Below are positions 8,292 to 17,674 of a DNA stretch of 64,000 bases, piece after piece (the first letter of the stretch is position 1; the number at the start of each line of letters is the position of its first letter). The notes under the pieces are model-generated. The model made no database searches and was not told the origin of the DNA. It was given only the letters and a program-made list of their open reading frames with translations. The DNA comes from Dehalococcoidia bacterium. Lineage in GTDB: Bacteria; Chloroflexota; Dehalococcoidia; Bin125. The stretch spans positions 192,001 through 256,000 of the forward strand of contig CAXXRD010000003.1 of the NCBI GenBank assembly GCA_963663895.2, given 5' to 3'. Both the position numbers and the translations under genes were made by a program.

Positions 8292-9836
8292 ATGACGGAT
8301 GTCTCGCCTCCGTTCCGCAAAGTGTTGGTCGCCAACCGCGGCGAGATCGCATTGCGGGTCGTGCGAGGCTGTCGCGATCTGGGCGTGGAATCGGTAGCGA
8401 TCTGCTCGGAGGCCGACCAGGCGGCCCCGCATGTCCGCTACGCGGACGAGTCCTACACGATCGGCCCAGCGGAAGCGTCGGAGAGCTACCTGGCGATCGA
8501 GAAAATCCTCGACGTAGCGCGGCGCTCCCAAGCGGAGGCGGTGCATCCGGGCTACGGGTTCCTGGCCGAGAACGCGGAGTTCGCGCGGGCCTGCACCGAC
8601 GCCGGTCTCGTCTTCATCGGGCCGCCGCCGGCAGCGATGGAGAAGATGGGCAGCAAGCTCGAAGCCCGCCGCACCTTGCAAGCAGCGGGCGTCCCCCTCA
8701 TCCCAGGAACGGTCGAGCCGGTGCGGGACCCATCCGAAGCGGAGCGGGTGGCGCGGGAAATCGGGTATCCCCTCCTGATCAAGGCCTCGGCAGGGGGTGG
8801 AGGCAAGGGAATCCGCGAAGTCAACGACGCCGAGGAGTTGCCGCGCGCGATCGCGAACGCGCAGCAGGAAGCGCGCGCTGCCTTTGGCGACGACGCGATC
8901 TACGTCGAGAAGTTGTTGCGTCCCGTGCGCCATATCGAGGTCCAGCTAATCGCCGACCACCAAGGTCAGATCGTCACGCTCGGCGAGCGCGAGTGCTCGA
9001 TCCAACGGCGCCGACAGAAGCTAATCGAAGAGGCGCCGGCGCCGACCATGACCCCGGAGCTACGGATGCGGATGCGGGAAGCGGCGCGCAAGGTAGCGGA
9101 GGCGTGCGACTACGTGAACGCGGGCACGGTGGAGTGTCTGGTCTACGACGATGACCAGTTCGCCTTTTTGGAGATGAACACGAGGCTGCAGGTCGAGCAT
9201 CCAGTGACCGAAATGGTCTGGCGGGTCGACTTGGTGGCGGAGCAGTTGCGCGTCGCGGCGGGGCAACCGTTGACGTTCACGGAGGACGACTTAACGATGC
9301 GAGGCTGGGCGATCGAATGCCGGGTGGCCGCGGAGGACCCCTACCAGGGATTCCTGCCCAGCACCGGCACCGTGCACCACTACCGCGAGCCAGCGGGGCC
9401 GGGAATCCGCGTCGATAGTGGCCTGTACGACGGAATGATCGTCGGTGTCCACTATGATCCGCTGCTCGCGAAGATCATCGCGCGGGGGCTGGACCGGGAA
9501 CAGGCGCGGAGGCGCATGCTGCGGGCCCTGTCCGAGTTCCGGTTGCTCGGTCTGCAAACGAACGTACCGTTCCACATTGCCATGCTGCAGGACCCCAACT
9601 TCGTCGCGGGGGCAATCGACACGGACTACGTGGAACGGACGGTGCACCTCACGATCGACGATCGGCCCGACCACACCGATATCGCCGCATTGGCAGCGGC
9701 CAGCTTCCTGCAGCGAAACGGAGCAAGCGCCGGCACCCCGGGCAGGGATCAAGGCGGTCCGGCGGCAGCTCCGGATCCCTGGGTGCAACGCTCTCGTGGG
9801 CAGCAAGGATTGATGGCGGGATGGCGAAGAAACTAG
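8292..9836 (+). CDS. accC: Acyl-CoA carboxylase biotin carboxylase subunit
   Basis: KVLVANRGEIA, HPGYGFLAEN, GGGGKG, ECSIQRR, EMNTRLQVEHPVTE, YDPLLAK. Confidence 0.95.
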   Translation: MTDVSPPFRKVLVANRGEIALRVVRGCRDLGVESVAICSEADQAAPHVRYADESYTIGPAEASESYLAIEKILDVARRSQAEAVHPGYGFLAENAEFARACTDAGLVFIGPPPAAMEKMGSKLEARRTLQAAGVPLIPGTVEPVRDPSEAERVAREIGYPLLIKASAGGGGKGIREVNDAEELPRAIANAQQEARAAFGDDAIYVEKLLRPVRHIEVQLIADHQGQIVTLGERECSIQRRRQKLIEEAPAPTMTPELRMRMREAARKVAEACDYVNAGTVECLVYDDDQFAFLEMNTRLQVEHPVTEMVWRVDLVAEQLRVAAGQPLTFTEDDLTMRGWAIECRVAAEDPYQGFLPSTGTVHHYREPAGPGIRVDSGLYDGMIVGVHYDPLLAKIIARGLDREQARRRMLRALSEFRLLGLQTNVPFHIAMLQDPNFVAGAIDTDYVERTVHLTIDDRPDHTDIAALAAASFLQRNGASAGTPGRDQGGPAAAPDPWVQRSRGQQGLMAGWRRN

Positions 9837-10345
9837 CGCTGGCCATCGGACAAGCGGCGCGCGAAGTCGAAGTCCGCGAGATCGACGACGGCAGCTTAAT
9901 GCTTGTCCTCGACGGCATTGAGCACAGCGTGGATCTGAAGCGGATTGGGGAGGGGCCGCTGTACGAGCTGATCCTCGACCATCACGCGACGGAGGTGCTG
10001 TTGCAACGGGAAGGGCAAGGGGTGCGGACCATTGTCGGCGCGGACAGCTTCCTCGTGACGAAGCGCCGGGCCGGGGCGGGGGGGATCGGCGACGAGGAGG
10101 CGCAGGAAGGGGAGTTGACGGTACAGTCGCCGATGACAGGGGTCGTCGTTGAGGTGTTGGTGCAGGCAGGCGACGTGGTCGCCAAGCGCGACAGCCTGCT
10201 GGTGGTTCAGGCGATGAAGATGAACAACGAGATCCGGTCGCCGACAGCTGGCACCGTGAAGACGGTCCACGTGGCGGTGGATGCGAACGTTGACCAAGGC
10301 GCACCGCTCGTGACGATCGAACTAGGCAACGCCGGAGCGAATTAG
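9821..10345 (+). CDS. accB: Biotin carboxyl carrier protein (extended, PCC/MCC-type C-terminal half)
   Basis: SPMTGVV...GDVV...QAMKMNNEI biotinyl domain; overlaps the accC end. Confidence 0.85.
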   Translation: MAKKLALAIGQAAREVEVREIDDGSLMLVLDGIEHSVDLKRIGEGPLYELILDHHATEVLLQREGQGVRTIVGADSFLVTKRRAGAGGIGDEEAQEGELTVQSPMTGVVVEVLVQAGDVVAKRDSLLVVQAMKMNNEIRSPTAGTVKTVHVAVDANVDQGAPLVTIELGNAGAN

Positions 10346-10434
10346 AGCAGCGTCAGCGACCGGGCAGAGCGGGCTGATCGCTGCCGCGGGCCCACCGAGG
10401 CCATGCGATGTTCGTTCCCACCGTGCCCAGTTGG

Positions 10435-10464
10435 TTGACCGCGAAAATCGGGCGTTGGTAGCAT
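10435..10464 (+). promoter_or_regulatory. Sigma70-type promoter for infC-rpmI-rplT
   Basis: TTGACC-18 nt-TAGCAT with extended -10 TG. Confidence 0.55.
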
Positions 10465-10524
10465 GGCGCGAGCAGTTTATACCAATCTAATCGCTGACGG
10501 AACCGTATACACAGGAGGACGCTG

Positions 10525-11229
10525 CTGGCCACTCGCGAACACCGGGTCAACCGGGAGATTCAAGTTCCCGAGGTCCGCGTCATCGGCGAGGACGGCGAGC
10601 AGATGGGCATCCTCCCCACGTTCCAGGCCCTTGCACAAGCCCAAGAGCGTGGTCTCGATCTGGTGGAGGTCGCACCAGGAGCATCGCCACCGGTTGTGCG
10701 GTTCCTGGACTACGGCAAGTTCAAGTACGAGCAAGCAAAGCGACGCAACGAAGGACGCAAGCGACAGAAGAACGCCGTGCTGCGGGAAGTGACGATGAAG
10801 CCGAAGATCGGTCAGCACGACATCGACTTCAAGACCCGCACCGCGCAGAAGTTGCTAGAAGAGGGCGACAAGCTCAAGATCACCGTCATGTTTCGGGGAC
10901 GCGAGATCACGCATCCAGAGATCGGACGGGGGCTCATCGGACGAGTGATGCAAGCTTTGGAAGAGCGCGGCATTCCCCTGTTGGTCGAGAAGCCGATCGG
11001 CATGGAGGGCCGCTTCATGAGCGTGATCGTGGCCGAGGACAAGGTGAAAGCGGCAGCGCTGGAGCGCGAGCGTGCGCGCGCCGGTGAGCCCGACACACCG
11101 GAATCGCGTCCTGCCCCGGCCGCAGCAGATGCCGCCACCGACGGCCCCACTCCGTCCGACAATGGTGCGGCGGGCACCGACGAAGTCGCTGAGGCATCCC
11201 CAGACGCCGTGGGAAGCGGCTCGCCATAG
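10525..11229 (+). CDS. infC: Translation initiation factor IF-3 with non-AUG (CTG) start and acidic C-terminal tail
   Basis: In-frame upstream extension LATREHRVNREIQVPEVRVIGEDGEQMG; AGGAGG at 10513-10518; DLVEVAP, DYGKFKYE, FRGRE motifs. Confidence 0.95.
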   Translation: MATREHRVNREIQVPEVRVIGEDGEQMGILPTFQALAQAQERGLDLVEVAPGASPPVVRFLDYGKFKYEQAKRRNEGRKRQKNAVLREVTMKPKIGQHDIDFKTRTAQKLLEEGDKLKITVMFRGREITHPEIGRGLIGRVMQALEERGIPLLVEKPIGMEGRFMSVIVAEDKVKAAALERERARAGEPDTPESRPAPAAADAATDGPTPSDNGAAGTDEVAEASPDAVGSGSP

Positions 11230-11239
11230 AGCGCCAGCG

Positions 11240-11452
11240 ATGCCGAAACAGAAGACGCACCGAGGAACTAAAAAACGGTTCGGGCTGACCGGCCGAGGCA
11301 AGGTCATGCGCATGAAGGGAAACCGCGGCCACAACCGCTCGAAAAAGAGCAAGCGCCAGCGCTATGCGATCCGAGAGATGCATGAAGTGACGACCCCGCG
11401 CCTCCGCAAGACGATCAAGGCGCTACTCCCCACCGGGGTAGGAAAGCGCTAG
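11240..11452 (+). CDS. rpmI: 50S ribosomal protein L35
   Basis: MPKQKTHRGTKKRF..TGRGK; lies between infC and rplT. Confidence 0.95.
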   Translation: MPKQKTHRGTKKRFGLTGRGKVMRMKGNRGHNRSKKSKRQRYAIREMHEVTTPRLRKTIKALLPTGVGKR

Positions 11453-11454
11453 CG

Positions 11455-11820
11455 ATGCCGCGCGTTAAAGGCGGGCCACGGAACCGCCGCCGGCACAAGC
11501 GCGTGCTGGCGGCCACCAAGGGCCACCGCGGACAGCGCCACCGGATCTTCCGCCGGGCGAACGAGTCGCGGCTGCACGCGCTGGCCTACGCCAAGCGCGA
11601 CCGACGTGCTCGTAAGGGCGATTTCCGCCGACTGTGGATCCAGCGCATCAACGCTGCGGCGCGCCAGGAGGGACTGAGCTACAGCAGTCTCATGCACGGT
11701 CTGCGCCGCGCCCGTGTCGAGGTGGATCGGAAGATGCTGGCGGACCTCGCCGTGCGAGAGCCAAAAGTTTTCTCGACGATCGTCGCGCAGGCGAAGGCAG
11801 GGCTCGCCGCGGAAGGTTAG
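11455..11820 (+). CDS. rplT: 50S ribosomal protein L20
   Basis: MPRVKGG, DFRRLWIQRINAA, DRKMLADLA. Confidence 0.98.
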   Translation: MPRVKGGPRNRRRHKRVLAATKGHRGQRHRIFRRANESRLHALAYAKRDRRARKGDFRRLWIQRINAAARQEGLSYSSLMHGLRRARVEVDRKMLADLAVREPKVFSTIVAQAKAGLAAEG

Positions 11821-14234
11821 GCGTCGCGGATGGTGGCGCCGAGTTCCCGCTCCAACCGTTTGCTGACGCCCTTGCGTGCCTTGGCGACATCGCCGTCCGT
11901 GAGCGTCCGGTCCGGTGCGCGATAGTCGATCGAGAACGCCAGCGACTTCTTGCCCGCGGGGATCGGGGCACCGCGATAGAGGTCGAATAGCTCGACGCGC
12001 TCGACGAGCCGAGAGCGGGCGATGAGGCGTTCGACGTCGGCTGCGGGTACGGCTTCGTCCACCACAACGGCGAGGTCCTCTACCACCGCGGGGAAGCGGC
12101 TGGGCGGAGTGAATTCCAGCGGCCCTCGCTCGGCGATCACCTGTGTGAGAGCGTCGACATCGAGCTCGATCAGGTAGATCGGCTCTTCGATCTCGAAGCG
12201 CGCCGCGACCGCAGGCGCGACTTGACCGATACAGCCGATCGCCGCGCCGCCGACAAGCACGCGTGCCGCACGGCCCGTGTACAAGGCAGGATCCTCCGCG
12301 GCCTCGTAGGTGAAAACGAGGCGCAGCGCCGCGGCGACGGACTGGGCGATCGCCTTGGCTTCGAAGAAGTCAAGATCGGCTGCGGACCCGCTCCCCTCAT
12401 GGACGGCGGCTTTCGGCCCCACCCCGCCGAGCAGGGCGAGCGCAAACGTGCGCTCATGTGGAAGGTCATCGGGACGGGGATGAAACACGCGACCGATCTC
12501 GAAGAGTGCGATCGCGCGACGCTGGCGGCGGCGATTGGTGGCGAAGCTCTCGAGGAGACCGGGCCGCAGCGTCGTCCGGAGGACGTTCCGCTCCTCACTC
12601 ATCGGATTGCGAACGGCGAGGGGGGGGCGGTCGGTGATGGTAGCGAGCGCTTGCACGCTGGTGATGGCGTCGATGCTCACGAGCGAGTAGTTGATCGTCT
12701 CGACCAGCCCGGCCGCGGCGAAGGCGTCACGCACGCGCGCCCCGGTGTCGCGCAGCGGCTGTGGATCCGGATCGGGGACCGCGCCCTGGAGCGGCGCGCT
12801 GGGCAGGCGATCGTAACCCACGATACGGGCGATCTCTTCCACCACGTCATCAGCGATCCGCACATCGGAGCGCCAGTAGGGTGCAGTCACCGCATAGCCA
12901 TCCGGCAGAAGATCGACGGTGAAACCGAGCGCTTCTAACGGCGTCACGACCTGCTCGGGCGGTAGCTCGCTGCCGAGCACGCGAGCGAGGCGCTCGTGCG
13001 TGAGCGTGATCGACACGGGGTCGCGCGGTTGCGGGTAGGCATCGACGACGCCGGCAACGGTACCGCCGCAGACCTCGACGAAAAGCCTGGTCGCGCGCCG
13101 CGAGGCCTCGAGTGCCAGCTCGGGCGTAAGCCCTTTCTCGAATCGGGTGGAGGCCTCCGTGCGCAACTTGAGAGCAGCGGCCGTACGCCGGATGCTCGGG
13201 CCATTGAAGGTGGCAGATTCCAACAGGACGGTGGAAGTGTCGTCCGACACCTCGGAGAGCGCATCACCCATGACGCCGGCAACCGCCACCGCTTCTTCCG
13301 CATCAGCGATGACGAGATCGTCGGTGCGAAGCGCATGCCCGGATCCGTCGATCAAGGTCACGTGCTCGTCGGCGCGGGCACGCCGCACGATGATGCGGCC
13401 GCCGCGCAGCTTATCGAAGTCGAAAGCGTGGAGGGGCTGACCAAACTCAAGCATCACGTAATTGGTGATGTCGACCACGTTGTTGATGGGGCGGCTCCCG
13501 GACGCTTCGAGCCGAGCTTGGAGCCAGGGCGGCGACGGCGCGACGGTCACGCCGCGAACAAGCGTGGCCACGTAGCGCGGGCAGAGGTCCGGAGCCTCGA
13601 TCGCCACCGATATGCTTCCCTCTGGGGGCAGCTCACCCACGGTGTCGCCGCGCTCGGGCTCGCGTACGTTGCCCGCGGTCAGCGCGGCGACCTCGCGCGC
13701 GATCCCCAGGGCGGAAAAGAGATCGGCCCGGTTCGGAGTGAGACTGAAGTCAAAGATCGTGTCGCCGATCGCGGCGGCGAGCGGCGTACCGACCGCCGCA
13801 GCCTCAGAAAGCACCTTGATCCCTTCGTGTGCGTCGGAGATGCCGAGCTCGCGATCGGAGCAAACCATGCCGGCAGATTCGACACCGCGGATGTTGGAGC
13901 GCTTGAGGACGCGGAAGCTGCCGGAGCGCGCATCGACCAGACGCGCCCCCTCGTGCGCGAAGGCGACCGCCTGCCCAACAGCGATGTTGGGCGCGCCGCA
14001 GACGACCGTGAAGGGCTCGCTCGCGCCGACATCAACGGTGGCGAGGCGGAGACGGTCGGCGTTCGGATGAGGGGCAAGCGCCTGCACCCGTCCAACGACG
14101 ACGTGATCCCAGTCGCCAGCGATCTTCTCGATCGCCTCGACTTCCACACCCGCCATCGTCAGACGATGCGCCAACTCTTCGGGGGGAAGCCTGAGGTCGA
14201 CATATTCGGCGAGCCAGCGCAGAGAGAGCTTCAT
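11817..14234 (-). CDS. pheT: Phenylalanyl-tRNA synthetase beta subunit
   Basis: HPNADRL, VCGAPN, TPNRAD, NNVVDITNYVMLEFGQPLHAFD, EEIARIVGY, DRTLTD. Confidence 0.98.
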   Translation of the reverse strand: MKLSLRWLAEYVDLRLPPEELAHRLTMAGVEVEAIEKIAGDWDHVVVGRVQALAPHPNADRLRLATVDVGASEPFTVVCGAPNIAVGQAVAFAHEGARLVDARSGSFRVLKRSNIRGVESAGMVCSDRELGISDAHEGIKVLSEAAAVGTPLAAAIGDTIFDFSLTPNRADLFSALGIAREVAALTAGNVREPERGDTVGELPPEGSISVAIEAPDLCPRYVATLVRGVTVAPSPPWLQARLEASGSRPINNVVDITNYVMLEFGQPLHAFDFDKLRGGRIIVRRARADEHVTLIDGSGHALRTDDLVIADAEEAVAVAGVMGDALSEVSDDTSTVLLESATFNGPSIRRTAAALKLRTEASTRFEKGLTPELALEASRRATRLFVEVCGGTVAGVVDAYPQPRDPVSITLTHERLARVLGSELPPEQVVTPLEALGFTVDLLPDGYAVTAPYWRSDVRIADDVVEEIARIVGYDRLPSAPLQGAVPDPDPQPLRDTGARVRDAFAAAGLVETINYSLVSIDAITSVQALATITDRPPLAVRNPMSEERNVLRTTLRPGLLESFATNRRRQRRAIALFEIGRVFHPRPDDLPHERTFALALLGGVGPKAAVHEGSGSAADLDFFEAKAIAQSVAAALRLVFTYEAAEDPALYTGRAARVLVGGAAIGCIGQVAPAVAARFEIEEPIYLIELDVDALTQVIAERGPLEFTPPSRFPAVVEDLAVVVDEAVPAADVERLIARSRLVERVELFDLYRGAPIPAGKKSLAFSIDYRAPDRTLTDGDVAKARKGVSKRLERELGATIRDA

Positions 14235-14240
14235 ACGACT

Positions 14241-15239
14241 CTAGAACTGCTCAAGAAAGCCGAGCGCGTTGTTATAGAAGTAGCGGATATCGTCGATCCC
14301 GTAGCGCAGCATGGCGGTGCGCTCTACGCCGATGCCGAAGGCAAAGCCGGTGTAGCGCGCGGAATCGTAGCCGGCGGCGGCGAGGATCTCAGGGTGAACC
14401 ATGCCGGCACCCAGCAGTTCGATCCAGCGCCCGTCGCGCCAGCGGATAGCAACCTCGGCACCGGGCTCGACGAAGGGGAAGTAGTCGCAACGGAAGCGTG
14501 CCTCGACGTCCGGACCGAAAAGACGGTGCACGAAGGCCTCAAGGGTGCCCTTGAGGTGGGCAAAGCTAATCCCCTCGTCAATCACGAGCCCTTCCACTTG
14601 GGTCAGCATCCACTCATGGGTGGCGTCCGTCGCCTCGTAGCGATAGCACGTGCCGGGGACGATGACGCGGATCGGAGGGCGGTGGCGCTCAATGTAGCGG
14701 ATCTGCATGGGCGACGTGTGGGTGCGAAGCAGCATCGGATAGCGACCGTCACGCTCGTAATCGATCCACAGCGTGTCCCACATATCGCGCGCGGGATGAT
14801 CGGCGGGAATGCGGAGTCGCTCGAAGTTGTACTCGTCCCACTCGACCTGCGGTCCCTCGACGACGGCGAAGCCCATGTCACGGAAGGCGCGCTCGATCTC
14901 TCGGAGAGTAAGCGTGATCGGATGGAGATGGCCCTGCCGATGCGGCCGTGCGGGGAGCGTGACGTCGATCGCCGCCGAAGGGGCCGAGGAGAACGCCTCA
15001 AGCACCGCCCGCCGGCGGTCGAACGCCTCCTGGAGCAGGGCCCGCAGCCGGTTGGCCGTCTGACCTGCCTGCTTGCGCTGATCAGCCGGAAGCGCGCCCA
15101 CGCCACGGAGCAGCTGGGTGACCTCTCCCTTCTTGCCAAGGTAGCGAGCGCGCCAAGCGGCGGCGGCGGCGCTGTCACAGGCGGCAGCGAGCTCGTCAAG
15201 AGCACGACGCTCAACGGCGGCGAGATCAATATCGTCCAT
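14241..15239 (-). CDS. pheS: Phenylalanyl-tRNA synthetase alpha subunit
   Basis: HPARDMWDT, LRTHTSPMQIR, YFPFVEP, GAGMVHP, GFAFGIGVER; likely start ATG at 15239. Confidence 0.98.
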   Translation of the reverse strand: MDDIDLAAVERRALDELAAACDSAAAAAWRARYLGKKGEVTQLLRGVGALPADQRKQAGQTANRLRALLQEAFDRRRAVLEAFSSAPSAAIDVTLPARPHRQGHLHPITLTLREIERAFRDMGFAVVEGPQVEWDEYNFERLRIPADHPARDMWDTLWIDYERDGRYPMLLRTHTSPMQIRYIERHRPPIRVIVPGTCYRYEATDATHEWMLTQVEGLVIDEGISFAHLKGTLEAFVHRLFGPDVEARFRCDYFPFVEPGAEVAIRWRDGRWIELLGAGMVHPEILAAAGYDSARYTGFAFGIGVERTAMLRYGIDDIRYFYNNALGFLEQF

Positions 15240-15375
15240 GCGGTGATCACCGTACAAACGCTCTTCCACGAGGGTCAATCGCGTCCGATCGGAGCGGCTT
15301 CCGCTAGCAAGAATACGGGAGCTTGGTAGGATTCCGGGCACGGAACGCGAGCACAGCGGTAGGAAGGGAGCGGTC

Positions 15376-15627
15376 ATGGCAGTGAAAAGCTACGTACTGA
15401 TCGAGGCCGAGGTGGGTGAAGCGAAGAGTGTGAGCAACGCACTGACCCAGCTCACGCATCCCGAGGCGCAGATCGTAGGCGTCGATACGGTCACCGGCCC
15501 CTACGACGTGATCTGTCTCCTCGAGGCCGACGACCTCAACAAGCTCGGCCGCTGTATCACCGAGGGGATCCAGACGGTGAGCGGCGTCAAGCGCACGACG
15601 ACCTGTCTGACGGTGCAGCTGAACTGA
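15376..15627 (+). CDS. Stand-alone Lrp/AsnC ligand-binding (RAM) domain protein
   Basis: KSYVLIE...VTGPYDVI...IQTVSGVKRTTTC; RBS GGGAG. Confidence 0.85.
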   Translation: MAVKSYVLIEAEVGEAKSVSNALTQLTHPEAQIVGVDTVTGPYDVICLLEADDLNKLGRCITEGIQTVSGVKRTTTCLTVQLN

Positions 15628-15655
15628 CGCCCTGCCCGCACGTTCGAAGGGGATT

Positions 15656-16957
15656 ATGACGCAACGATTCGTGCCGCCTACGGAGATGCTGCCGGTCGAG
15701 GAAGCGCTGGCGCGGATCCTCGATCTGTGTGAAGTGCTTCCCCCCGAACGGCAAGCCTTGAAAGAAGCGCACGGTCACATACTAGCGGAGGACGTGAAGG
15801 CGCCGTTCGACATTCCGCCGCTCGATAACACGGCGATGGACGGATACGCGGTGCATGCAGCCGACACCGCCGGAGCGAGCGAGGCGGAAGTCGCGCGGCT
15901 GTCAGTGGTGGGCGAACTCGCAGCTGGCTACCTCTTCGAAGGAGTCGTGGGAGCAGGGGAAGCGGTGCGGATCATGACGGGCGCGCCGATCCCCGAGGGA
16001 GCGGACAGCATTGTGCCGTTCGAAGAAAGCGACGAGGAAGGGCTGCGCGCACCCGGTCAGACGCACGAGGCGATTAGATCGGTCGGGGTGACGAAAGAAG
16101 CGAAGCCCGGCGCCAACATCCGCCGGCGGGGCGAAGATGTGCGTGCCGAAGAAACGATCTTGCAGAAGGGCACGCTGCTGCGGGGAGCACAGATAGCAGT
16201 GCTGGCGTCAATGGGGACCAGCGCGGTCACCGTGATCCGACGACCGCGCGTCGCTGTGCTCTCGACGGGAGATGAACTACTCCAGCCGGGCCAACCGCCG
16301 GCGCCTGGCAAGATCTACGACAGCAATGCCCCTGGGCTGGCCGCGTTAGTGGAAGAGTACGGCGGGATCGCGCTGCGGCTGGGGATCGCGAAGGATACCG
16401 TTGCCGCCCTCACGGCCAAAATCCAGGAAGCGCTATCGGCCGACCTGGTCGTGACGTCGGCGGGCGTATCACGCGGCGACTTCGACGTGGTAAAGGAGGT
16501 CTTGGCACGGGAAGGGGCGATCGACTTTTGGACGGTGCGGATGAAGCCGGGAAAGCCGCTGGCGTTTGGAACGTTCGCGGCGCCGGACGGACGCCGGGTA
16601 CCGCACATCGGCCTGCCGGGCAATCCGGTGTCGTCGCTGCTGGCCTTCGAGCTGTTCGGGAGACCAGTGATCCACAAGATGCTGGGGCGAACACCCAAGG
16701 CTCGGCCGCTGCTGCAGGCGGTGGTGGACGAAGCGATCGTGAACACCGATGGGCGCCGGGTGTACGCGCGGGCGATCGTGCGGATGGGAGAGGACGGTCG
16801 CTGGCACGCACGGCTGACGGGCCCCCAGGGATCGGGAGTACTGACGTCGATGGCGCGAGCCAACGGGCTGGCGATCTGCCCAGAAGATCGATCGCAGATC
16901 GATCCCGGTGAAGACACCACCGTGATCATGCTGGACTGGGATCAGCCTTTAGACTGA
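15656..16957 (+). CDS. moeA: Molybdopterin molybdotransferase
   Basis: AMDGYA, RIMTGAPIP, STGDEL, MKPGKPLAFG, GLPGNPVS, QGSG. Confidence 0.97.
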   Translation: MTQRFVPPTEMLPVEEALARILDLCEVLPPERQALKEAHGHILAEDVKAPFDIPPLDNTAMDGYAVHAADTAGASEAEVARLSVVGELAAGYLFEGVVGAGEAVRIMTGAPIPEGADSIVPFEESDEEGLRAPGQTHEAIRSVGVTKEAKPGANIRRRGEDVRAEETILQKGTLLRGAQIAVLASMGTSAVTVIRRPRVAVLSTGDELLQPGQPPAPGKIYDSNAPGLAALVEEYGGIALRLGIAKDTVAALTAKIQEALSADLVVTSAGVSRGDFDVVKEVLAREGAIDFWTVRMKPGKPLAFGTFAAPDGRRVPHIGLPGNPVSSLLAFELFGRPVIHKMLGRTPKARPLLQAVVDEAIVNTDGRRVYARAIVRMGEDGRWHARLTGPQGSGVLTSMARANGLAICPEDRSQIDPGEDTTVIMLDWDQPLD

Positions 16958-17333
16958 GCTTGCCGCTTCGGTTCGGTAGCATCGCCTTCCCATAGAGACG
17001 CCGGAGCCAAACCCACGAGACCATCCGTGCGATCTTTACTGAGATCGACAAGCGGCATTCCTGGCCGACGGAGATGGCCTGAGCGACCTTGCGCCGGACA
17101 CACGGTCCCTTCGGGAAAGGAGCAAGCGGGTGGCAAAAATGGCGCGGTGCGAGAGCAGAACGGGATCTCAGGCTGGGAGCGAGGGACCTTGAACGTTCCT
17201 CGCGCGAAGAGATGGATCAGATCAGGCGCGAGTTCCCGCTGGCGAACGTTAGCATGAGTCGCAAGGGCATGTTCACTGCGTATCCGCCGATGCTGGACTA
17301 GCCAGAAACACAAACGATGGCGAGGCAGATCCG

Positions 17334-17537
17334 ATGAATAAAGGCCGAGTGGTAGCAACGATCTTCGTATGGCTGTCATGGGCGGCCGTGATCATCGCGC
17401 TGAACACGCACAGCTCGCCCAACATCACGTCGACCGGCATCGAGACAGTCTCAATCGTCGCCTCAGCGATGGTGGTGCCGGGAACGGTCGCGGTGTGGTT
17501 GGGCGACATCCGCCGCAAAGACAAGCCGGCAAAATAG
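17334..17537 (+). CDS. Small hypothetical membrane protein (2 TM)
   Basis: 67-aa ORF with two hydrophobic segments and a basic tail. Confidence 0.5.
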   Translation: MNKGRVVATIFVWLSWAAVIIALNTHSSPNITSTGIETVSIVASAMVVPGTVAVWLGDIRRKDKPAK

Positions 17538-17674
17538 TACAGGCGCTCGGCAGCACCTCCAGTCAGGATGCTTGGGCAAGTCGACCCCAGACCGCCGAGC
17601 AAGCAGCGACGCGCGCGGATATCTCCCCCAGCCACTTGAGACAGTGGAGCGCTGATTAGCGTTGGCCCGCACCC

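Noticed and set aside
12996-15329. 777-aa + strand ORF opposite pheST (likewise 26842-28815, 24507-26159, 7027-8268, 19812-21113, 54811-55851)
   Set aside because: Antisense shadow ORFs expected from high-GC codon bias; they have no motifs and overlap clear housekeeping genes.
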